64,000 nucleotides of DNA from Basidiobolus meristosporus CBS 931.73 (taxonomy: Eukaryota > Fungi > Basidiobolomycota): the NCBI GenBank assembly GCA_002104905.1, contig MCFE01000246.1, positions 1-64,000 on the forward strand, in the 5' to 3' direction. The notes below the pieces were generated by a model. That model ran no database searches, was not told where the DNA came from, and saw nothing but the letters and a program-made list of their open reading frames with translations. The position numbers and the translations under genes were made by a program. Positions 50,121 to 60,028 of the stretch are shown one piece after another (positions within the stretch are counted from its first letter, which is position 1; the number at the start of each line of letters is the position of its first letter).

Positions 50121-50391
50121 AGACTTGTTCCATCATTCCAGCTGATCATAGTGCCCAATAGTGCCATAGCATGCCAGATGGTTCCTGATCATGCCTCAGA
50201 GTGCCAGATGGTGCCATAGAGTGCCAATTTGAGTTCAAAATTGACATGCATATGACCCTAAAATATCAAAGTGCCATAGAGTGCCAATTTGAGATCAAAA
50301 TTGACATGCATATGACCCTAAAATATCAAATTAATAACAAAATATACAGCACTCTCTGTCACTATGATCAATAGCACAATGGAACAAGTCT
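50121..50391. mobile_element. 271-bp MITE (TIR AGACTTGTTCCAT, 3-bp TSD ACA/ATA) in the Copia B 5' LTR; internal 60-bp tandem duplication
   Basis: 621 - 271 - 3 = 347, the length of the sister LTR; many AGTGCC motifs; identical starts at 50221 and 50281. Confidence 0.88.
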
Positions 50392-50612
50392 ATAGAATAG
50401 GTTAAGAAAGGTCCCAAGAACATATGTGCAAAGTTTGGTGCTGTTTGGACAACTTTGAGAATTTTCATGTTCTGAGTACCTGGTATTTTGGTGAAAATAT
50501 TCTAAGTAAATCCCAACAAGGAACTTGGTCAGCATTCTCTAGGATTTGAAGGTAATGATCTAAATGACTAAGCTAGGTGAATATATAGGTGGAATTCTGA
50601 ATTTTCACAACA

Positions 50613-51386
50613 CATTTGGCGCTGAAATTAGCTAAATGCTGTTGTGATCCCGTCATAAGATTGTAAGAGGGTCACTAATTTCAGGCTGCTGGTATTATAA
50701 TGGATTCCAAACAGGATCCTGACAGCTGATTGGGATTGGATCTACCTGCAGGACCAATTATCTTTTGTAGGGACTAAAAAGCTGCAAAGTTGAGGTGATA
50801 GAAGTGTGTCATTTGCAGCAGGTGTGCATATATGTAGAGGTTAGTCAGCAGGAGGCCATAGTTTTTTTGATTCAAAGTATTTGTAGAATACCCATATTAG
50901 CAGTGGGTAAGCAAATGAAAAGGGGAGATTCTACGGTGGAATATATAAATGTTACTAAGGGATGTAGAGATAGAAGATACCTCTTGGTAAATTGGCATTG
51001 CAGCACTGTGTGGAACTAGCTGTAGGCCACCTTGCTGCTGTTAAAATGCCTCAAAGATTTGCAATGAGGTCATCAGAATACTACCAAGGTTCTTAGCATA
51101 TAAGGCAATTGGATGTATTGGCCAGCTTAGGTCTGCTCAAATAAATGTTGAGTGCATTAAGACTGTTGGAATGCCATTCTGTTCTTGTCAAAAGACTACA
51201 CAAGCACTGTTAAGTTTTGTACTTAACTTGGCAGTAAAATCAGCAAAACAATGTTACAATCCTGTCATAAGATTGTTTGGAGGCTCAATAACTCCAAGCT
51301 ACCAGTATTACAATGGACTCATTGCAGGATCCTAATGGTGGGTCTAGATTGTATCCACAAGTGGGGCCAAAATATTTTGCATAGGG
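50613..51386 (+). mobile_element. Stacked CACTA-like right-end fragments (continuation of 37353-37874); ends near 50772 and 51386
   Basis: Repeated AAAGTTGAGGTGATAGAAG unit and terminal ...TTTT(C/G)(A/T)TAGGG-like motifs. Confidence 0.6.
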
Positions 51387-51531
51387 GTACCAATTGGTCT
51401 TCAGTAAAAGGATATTGTTGAAGAACAAATGAATTGCTCTCAGGGGAAAGCTTTTGCTCCAACAGATTCCTACTATCTTAAGTACCACTGGCTATCAATT
51501 GATTTAATTTTCTGGCCAATGGCTTATACCT

Positions 51532-53397
51532 TCAGAGTAGCCCTTGCTTCTTGGCTTTTAGTGATGCTTGCATCATGCTTGCAGCATTAATTGGCAAGAA
51601 CTGCAGTTTTTTTTGCATGCCTCCCTGTCTCAGGCTTGGGTAGACATTTTTCCCTTTACCTTTTCCTTTATCACTGCCAGGTCTTTCACTGCTACTTTGT
51701 CTGAGTGCTTCTTGTAAAGAACTACATTTTCTCCTGGATAAATTCTGCTCTGACACATCTGTTTTGGCCTGCTTGTCCCATGCTGGCACTCTTCTGGCAA
51801 CCTGACGTTTCTTTTCAGCTTGTTTTGAGCTCTCAACTGTAGTTGTGACAGGCTCCTCTAAAATCAGCTGGTTTTTATCACTGCCAGGTCCTTCACTGCT
51901 ACTTTGACTGGGTGCTGCTTGAGTGGTACTATGCTTTTTCCTTGATAAATGTTGTGCTGGTGCATCCATGTCTGCCTGCTTGTCCTTAATTGGCACTCTT
52001 CCAGCTGCCTAATGTCTCTTTGACTCTTGTCTGGAGCTTTTGGCCCTGCTTGTAACAGGCTCTTGAGGAAGCCGCTGGTTTTTAGCCATGGCACCCTTGT
52101 TCTTCTGCCTTTGATAGTTTCTGCTATTTTTAAGATACTTTCTTGGCATACCAATGCTGGCCCAAAATCCATTTGCCCGTTTGAATCCAGGATAATGCTT
52201 ATGGAACAAGTCAAGTGCATTCTGCTTGGCCTTGAGTTCCTGATGGTCCCATGGTGTGCTGGCCTTAAGGTGATGGTGTGCTAGACTTCTGATGGCCTCT
52301 TGTATATTAGCCCACTCTTCATTATTGCACTCAACAGCTTCACAGATCTTCAATGTCTTTTGATTTTTAGGCTTTGGTATAAACACTACATTGTCTCTGT
52401 TCTATGCTGTGATAGGTTTTTCTGTGGGCTTTATCTTTGGGCGCTGTTGTTGTGCTTCAAAGACTGTACAGTGTACCTCTGCTGTTACATCAGGAGGAAG
52501 CTGCTGGCTTTTAGCCATGGCACCCTTGTTCTTCTGCCTTTGATAGTTTCTGCTATTTTTAAGATACTTTCTTGGCATACCAATGCTGGCCCAAAATCCA
52601 TTTGCCTGTTTGAATCCAGGATAATGCTCATGGAACAAGTCAAGTGCATTCTGCTTGGCCTTGAGTTCCTGATGGTCCCATGGTGTGCTGGCCTTAAGGT
52701 GATGGTGTGCTTGACTTCTGATGGCCTCTTGTATATTAGCCCACTCTTCATTATTGCACTCAACAGCTTCACAGATCTTCAATGTCTTTTGATTTTTAGG
52801 CTTTGGTATAAACACCACATTGGCTCCCTTCCATGCTGTGATAGGTTTTTCTGTGGGCTTTATCTTTGGGCACTGTTGTTGTGCTTCAAAGACTGTACAG
52901 TGTACCTCTGCTTTTACATCAGGAAGTGGCTCAATTCTTGGCTGTGGCATTGAGCTACTTGAGTTCCTTCTTTGCAGCAAAGATACTGCTTTCTCTACCT
53001 GGGATATTGATTGCTCTACACATATTATCCGCTCATCCTGTTTCTGGACTACTTCCTGATTTCTCTGGGCCATTGCATCTATCCTATCAGCCACTGCACC
53101 TAATTGCTTCATTAATGCTTTGGTATGAGCTGACAATATACTTGCTAATATGGGTGGTGGTGATGTTATCATGGCCACTTGCTGATCTTCAACAGAGGGT
53201 ACTGCATTTGCTACATTCTCATCTGGCTGAGCATGATGGTCAGCTTGTGGCTCCGCAGAGGTTCTGAATTGCATATTTGACTGAAAGCCTGAGGAGTCTG
53301 CATTATTACCTTCAATGGGCACACTGTCTGCAGGGCCTTTTTTGGATGTAGCCTTGCTTGTTGCACTGAATGTCAAAGCAAGCTGTTGTCCAACCAT
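51532..53397 (-). pseudogene. Accessory gene of CACTA copy B with an in-frame 429-bp internal duplication, a premature stop at ~52402 and further disruptions
   Basis: ORFs 52402-53397, 52009-52386 and 51532-51996; the domain EWANIQEAIRS...FWASIGMPRKYL occurs twice. Confidence 0.7.
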
Positions 53398-53688
53398 TCT
53401 TCTGTTGCCATCAGTGGTGGGGTTTGGTTGAGAACCAGACTACTTTGCTTTGTTTTTTGGTGGCATATATATGGAAGTGAGTCAAACCAAAGGGGAAATA
53501 GTGTTACATATATGTGTGTATGTGGTGCCACAACTTTATTTATAATGCTTACTATGGCAGGTCATCATTGAATCTTACATTCATGTAGGTGCAATGTCTC
53601 AAATACAAGACTGTCTTAAGTTCACATGAGTATTGACCAAAAAGTGATATAATAGCGTTACATTGTTGAAGGTCAAACTGTTTGCCCC

Positions 53689-55923
53689 ATGGACAAGACT
53701 ACTTTGACTCAACACCGTAAGAGAAGAGAAAAAAGACCATGTGACTTTTGTGGCAAGCCTCTCAGCCATGAAGCATGCAGACATCATAGGAAGTATTACA
53801 AGAATCACCGCCAGTGTTTTGCCACCCAAGTCATATTTGACCATTCATTAATCACTACTGTACCAACATTATCTTGCCGGCCAGTTGCTATTTTTACATT
53901 GGCACCTGGCTGTCTTTGTCACCTTGCGCAAACTGAGTCAGGTGAGTTTGTGACACATTTAGGCTCACCTCAGCCTTCTGGATATGGCACGCAGAGTGAT
54001 AGCTCTGACAAAGAAGGTTCACTAATGGATTTTGAGCATATCTCCCCTAGCAACAGTGCCATGTATGAGCCTGGTCAAATCTCTATATGCAATGAGACAA
54101 CACCTGCTGAGACAAATGCCAAGGATACTTTATGGAGCCAAGTGAGTCCAGTAATCCATCTACTGGTGAATGATGTGATGTTGTGGCTAGAGAAGTGGCG
54201 CGTTTCCACTAATATCAGTAATGGGGGCTTTGCGGATTTATTGCTACTTCTTGCCAAAATCATACCAGGATGCAACTTACCATGTACATGGTACAAGTGG
54301 ACAACTGTCATGTGGCTGGCAACATATGATCCAGAGACTGTCCTGATTCTGGCATGTGTTAACAGTTGCATGGCATTCACATCCAAAAATGCTACTATTT
54401 CAACATGTACAAATTGTTAGGAATCCACCACCATTGAGGGAAAACATTGTTCACACTCCGGATATATTCCAGTCATACCCCATCTGAGGAAGCTGATGCA
54501 GTCTAACAAATATTGCAAAGCTATACAGTACCGCACTCAGTATCAATCAAGCACAAACATATCCAATATATTTGATGGCAAACATTACAAACAGCTAAGA
54601 AGCAAGGGCTACTTTGAAGGTATGTATGACCATGCCTTTGCTTTAGCACTTGATGGATTCTCATTAAGCAAGTACTCTACCAGCAAATCCTGATGGCCAC
54701 TGATTCTCATCAATCTGAATCTGCCGCCCATCTTACGGTATCAGCGCAATAATCTGATGGTAGTCTCACTGGTATCTGCGCCTAAATCACCGTCCAATCT
54801 GGATAGCTACCTGTATCCATTGCTGAATGAATTTTGTATGCTTTCCAGTGGGATAACGGTAAATGGCTGTCATGTAAAAGTGCATATTATTATCTGCATT
54901 GGAGATACCCCAGCCATCAGCAAGATAGCAGGTTTTTCCAGGCACAATGGACAGTATTGCTGTCAAATGTGTGAGATCCAGGGGATTTACTCCATAACTC
55001 ACACACATTATTATTACCCAAGCACCAGCACTAAAAACATCATCTTTCCACAGAGAGAACATACAGAAGTAAGCATGCAATTGCAGCAAAGTTGGCAAGC
55101 TATAAGCCATTGGCTGGAATATGGAATCAATTGGAAACCAGAGATACTTAAGATAGAGGGTATCTGTTGGAGCAAAAGCTTTCCACTGGGAGTAATGCAT
55201 TTGCTTTTCAACAATATCCCTATACTAATGACCAAGTTGTACATGGGGCATTTCAAGCTAAATGAGCCCTTTGAGATACCGGAGAAATTTGAAAAAATTG
55301 GCAAGATATTACAGAGTATCCGCTACCCTAAGTACTTCTCACTGGCTCCAATTAATATTCATATGCATATGCAACAATACAAATGCAAAGACTGGATGAA
55401 CTGGATATGTGTTTATTCAAGTGGTGTTCTGAAGCCATTCCTACCAAGAGTACATTGGAAGCATTGGGAGTCATATGTGGACATTGTAGGAATATTTATC
55501 CAGAAGCAGATAACCAATGCCAACTTGACACATCTACAGCTGTTGTGTGAGGAGTTTGTGATGGGATTTGAGCAGCTATACTACAAACATAAAGCTGAAC
55601 GTGTAGATCTCTGCCGCTACTGTATCCATTCTCTACTCCATCTTGCATGGTGTGTGGGGAATATTGGGCCTTGCTTCATCTTTTGGGAGTTTCCTATGGA
55701 GCGGATGTGTGGGGAGATAGGAAGACAAGTCAAGTTGCAGGTACTACCATATCCCAATCTCATCAAGAATATTACCTTCAAGTCCGTCATGGATGTGATG
55801 AGTTGGCACATGGAGGACAGCCAGAATGAGTTGGAAAATACTGAGGACAAATGTGCACATGGAGACACCTATGCCTATGGCATTAAGAAGCTAAGTAGCC
55901 CCAATGTGTGGGTAATCAGTTAA
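53689..55923 (+). pseudogene. CACTA/EnSpm (Tnp2-type) DDE transposase, one frame with two premature stops (54418-54420, 54691-54693)
   Basis: ORFs 53689, 54496 and 54757 share a frame; N-terminal CDFC...H..H finger; LALDGF, IGDTPAISK, HNGQYCCQMC, FWEFPMERMCG. Confidence 0.85.
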
Positions 55924-55987
55924 GTAATGCAAAGTTGGGTTGGGTGTAACAAGCAACTAATTTTTATCAGGAAAACTCCACCAAGAT

Positions 55988-56398
55988 ATGCCGGATTTCT
56001 TGTGGTCACAAGCCAACTTCTACACCATTCAATACAGAACTCACACAAACAAAAGCCAGAGCGCACCTATAAGGGGGACTAGAATCCAGCAGGGAGAAGG
56101 AATATATTGGCTAAATACCAAGAAGTTCTTTGCCAATATTCAGGAGGTATTCATGGCGGAAGTGGCAACAACCAAGCATATGTTTGCAAGATGTATATGC
56201 TACCAGCAGTACAACGTATATGGCAACTTTGCAAGTATCACACTAAAAAGCCGTAAAGTTGAGGTGATAGAAGTGTGTCAATTGTGGCAGGTGTGCATGC
56301 TTGTAGAGGTTAGTAAGCAGGAGGCCATAGTTTTTTTTGATTCAAACTATATGTGGAATACCCAAGGTAGTAGTGGGCAAACATATAAAGAAAGGTGA
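55988..56398 (+). CDS. Downstream ORF of the CACTA element (possible C-terminal exon of the transposase)
   Basis: Conserved at DNA level in all right-end copies; different frame from the transposase. Confidence 0.4.
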   Translation: MPDFLWSQANFYTIQYRTHTNKSQSAPIRGTRIQQGEGIYWLNTKKFFANIQEVFMAEVATTKHMFARCICYQQYNVYGNFASITLKSRKVEVIEVCQLWQVCMLVEVSKQEAIVFFDSNYMWNTQGSSGQTYKER

Positions 56399-56855
56399 TT
56401 CTACAGTGGAATATATGAATTGCACAAGGGGAGGTAGAAAAGGGAAATACCATTTGGTAAATTGGTACGGTAGCATTATACATAACCAGCAGCAGGCCGT
56501 CATACTGCCAAAAAAAGCCATCAGAGTCTTGCTGTGAGGCCATCAAAATACCATCAAGTTTCTGCCGTATAAGGCAATTGGAAGTCCTGGCCTACTGGAT
56601 CCACTTAAAATAGTAATACAGCGCTGAAAGACTGCAACAATAACATGTGAATATTGTCACAGCACCAATCAAAAATTGTCAAGTTTTATCCCTTTATTTG
56701 GCTGTAAAATTTGCAAAACACTGTCATGATCTTGTTATAAGATTGTCAGGAGGGTCACTAATTCCAAGCTGCTGTTACTATGACCGTCTCTGAATGGGAT
56801 CTTGATGGATGATTGGATTGGATCCACCTGTGGGACCAAATTATTTTTCATAGGG

Positions 56856-59209
56856 TATGAAATTAACTGAAAGCCAGTTTCTTGGCATATGCTGTACACC
56901 CAAATATTCTTAGATGTTTTGCACTTGGTCTGTATCCATACCATGCTTCAAATGGAGTAGAATCACAAAGTATTTGGTTATAACTCCTATTTTTGAGGTA
57001 TATAGCAGTGGCATCAGATTCTGCCCAAAAATCATAAGATAATTTTGATCATGGATCATAGATCTTGCCATATCAATTATTGATCTGCTTGCACATTCTG
57101 CCACTTAATTTTGCTGTGGGGAGTATGGTACAGTAGTGTCTTACTTTATCCCATGAACTTTGCTGAAGTGGATGAAGAGTTTTGAGGTATATTTTCCACC
57201 GTTGTCAGAGCATATTTTCTTGATTTTTTTATCAGTTTCTCTCTCCACCATGGCTTTAAGCTCCCTGAGCTTAGACAGAGCTTCTTCCTTTCTCTCCATG
57301 AAGTAAACCCATGTGTATCTTTTATCATCATCAATATAAGTGATCAAATACTTCATTCCACCTAAGAATAAATCTTACCTAGGTCCACACAGATCTTGGT
57401 GAATTAGATCCAGCTTTTTTGTAATTTTGACTAACCCAGAGCTCTTGAACAGTTGTCCTGCTTGTTTCCCATATATGCAGGCTTCACTGTGCTCCAAATT
57501 GGCTGGGGGATCAACTTTTACTCCAGAAATTAGCTGATCTTTGACCATTTTGAGCATATAATCAAAATTGATGTGCCCAAATCTCCTGTGCCAAAGCATT
57601 GGTGTTTCTTCATTTAAATTACTTAGATTGGCTTCCAGATATGATGGAATATAAGTCAACTTGTCTAGACTCTGATCTCTGATATCCAAAGCAATATGGG
57701 CACCATTTCAACTGGTGATCCTTCATTTAGAATTGTCAAAGTTCAACTGAGTCCTTTTGCAGTGGCCTTGCTTACAGAGAGTAGGGTCTTGGCTATTTCT
57801 GGTACATAGGGTGCTTCTTTAAAGGTCAGTTTATGGCTTCCTTCACTGCTTCTAAGGTTTACTTGGATAGTTCCTTCTCCCACTGCATCAAGTGTTCTAT
57901 TGTCACCCATGAAGACCTTCTTAAATGGAATTTCTTGATATTAGGTAAAAAGTTTCTATTGGTGTGTAAAGTGTTGGGATGCTCTGAAGTCAATATATCA
58001 TATCTGAGAATCATTGTTTGTGGTCATATTAAGTGCAGATAGGAATAGTCTATCTTCTGTTGTTGCAGCATTTCCATATTTTGGCTTCCTTTGCTGAGTA
58101 TCTTTTTTTTTGAAGCACCGGTCTGAAGTGTAACCTTTCCTTTTGCAGTAGTTGCAAAACAAGTTGCTGTTACCTTTAAAGGGTCATGAGTACCATCTTT
58201 GTTGGTTGTCAATGCTTATTAAAGCATTTTCCTCTTCCTTCTTATTGGCACCAGATTTTCTTAATTCTTCATCCATGAGCCTTCTATGTATGTAGTTTAA
58301 GGTCATATATTCAGTTCTTAACTCTAGGGCTGATACAAAACCCTGAAGCTTGTTTGGCAGGCTATTCAGCATGATAACTTTCACATCCTCATTAGTAGTT
58401 GGTACACCAACAGATTGCATCTCATCCACCAGCAAGGTTATTCTGTTAATTAGGTTTTTCTTTTCTTCTCCTGACAGCATCTTTGTAGTATAGAGTTTTG
58501 GTCTCAGATACATTTTCTTGGCAGCTGAACATAACTGGTAGGTGTCTTCTAATGCCTTCCAGGCAGTCTTTATCATTTTTGCTCTTGAGCATTGAATTAG
58601 CAGCTTGTCTTTAACATTGAGGCAAATGCAGTTAAAGGCACTTTGTTCTTTCTTATGGTACTTTAAGGCTTCCTCTCCCACGTTTTTAGGAGGGGATTCT
58701 TCTCCCATGACAGTATCCCAAAAGCCTCTTTCTTGTATCAGCTTCTTCATCTTCACCTTCTACACTAGGGAGTTAGATACATCCAACTTTTCAGCAGAGG
58801 GGAAAATTCCAGTAATAGCAGTGATAGGCATTACAGAGAGTGACAGCTCAGTGCTCATAACCTGTTGCAAGAGTCTTGGAGATATTGGAGTTGATTGGCA
58901 GGACAAGCAGATGATGTGGTTTTCACTAAATGATTTATTGTATCTAAAAGTGGTATTTATACTTTTACATGGTCTTGGCATAAAACCACGTAAGATAGAT
59001 CCAGACAGGTCCCAAGAGCATGTGTGCAAAGTTTGGGGATGTTTGGACAACTTTGAGAATTTCATGATCTGGGTACCCAGTATTTTGGTGAAAATATCCT
59101 AAGTAAATCCTGACAAGGAGTTTGGTGAGTATTCTCTAGTATCTGAAGGTAAGGATCTAAGTGATCAAGTTAGGTGCATATTTAGGTTGAATTCCAAGGC
59201 TTTACAACA
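56856..59209 (-). mobile_element. 5' half of a degenerate Copia B copy (5' LTR 58863-59209)
   Basis: 347-bp LTR, PBS GGTTATGAGCAC, gag 58184-58756, integrase remnants. Confidence 0.88.
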
Positions 59210-59344
59210 AATTCTACCATGGAATACATGAGTGGTACCAAGGGAAGTGGAAATATGAAAAACCATTGGGTAAAATTAGTACAGTAGCATTGTGCAGGAC
59301 TAGATATAAATCATCATACAGCCATAATGATGCTAAAAGTGAGC

Positions 59345-60028
59345 AAATTTTATAAATGCACTCATTCACTTACCTGACTTAGTTACCTAGACCATTACCC
59401 ACAAATCTTAGTAGAACCTGACTTAATTCCTACTTGTGATTTACTTACAATATTTTTACCAGAATATCAGATACCTAGTGCATGGAACTTCTCAGAGCTG
59501 TCCAAGCATCCCTAAGCTCTGTGCAAATGTTCTTGGAATCTTGCTTAGCATGATCTGTGCTTGTCTTGTCATGACCCGGTAAAAGTATAACAACTACTTT
59601 TATGCCAAACAAATCATTGAGTGAAGCCCTTAAATCTGCTTATTCTCCCATTCACTACCAATGTATCCTGGCTCTTACAGTAGAGAATGTGCCTCAAGCT
59701 GTCACTTTCTGGAATGTTCACCTAGCTATTACTAGACCTTCTCCTTCAGCTGAAAGCCTAATACTACAAACTACAAAGTTTGGAAGGTGTGGATGACAAT
59801 GCTGCTTCAGGATCAAGGCCTTTGAGATACTGTTGTAGGAGAAGAATGCCCTCCTAACAGTGTAAGAGAAGAAGCCTTGAAGTACCACAAGAAAAAGTAC
59901 CTTTAACTGCATTTGCCTTGATTTTGAAGACAAATTGCTAACTAAACATTAAAGAGTAGAAATAGCAAAGAATGCCTGGAAGGCATTAGAGGACACCTAC
60001 AGGTTATATTTGGCCGCTACAAAGATTT
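59345..60028 (+). mobile_element. Old Copia B 5' LTR remnant and gag start, interrupted by a younger Copia B
   Basis: Weak match to 60029-60377 and to gag (GEECPP, AFNCICL, AWKALEDTY). Confidence 0.6.

Larger units (their letters stand above)
37875..50612 (-). mobile_element. Full-length degenerate Copia family B element (3' LTR 37875-38221, 5' LTR 49992-50612), host of Gypsy B and a MITE
   Basis: 347-bp LTRs once the MITE is removed; TSD CATTC/CATTT; PBS GGTTATGAGCC; PPT GAGTGGGAG; gag, integrase (HSDLCGP, RSDNGG), RT (HQMDVKAAFLNG, YVDDL) and RNase H (STTEAEY, ADIFTKPL). Confidence 0.92.
51500..56855 (+). mobile_element. CACTA/EnSpm-like transposon copy B (left end missing; right end ...AATTATTTTTCATAGGG)
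   Basis: Divergent accessory gene and Tnp2-type transposase; the terminal motif is shared with other copies and followed by unrelated Copia DNA. Confidence 0.82.

Noticed and set aside
52300-52953. 217-aa Cys/Leu-rich membrane protein on the + strand
   Set aside because: Antisense shadow of the duplicated accessory-gene domain; it repeats with the same 429-bp period.
58605-59102. 165-aa + strand ORF (and many similar short ORFs in the track)
   Set aside because: Antisense to Copia gag and LTR; stop-poor shadows of TE coding sequence with no recognisable motifs.
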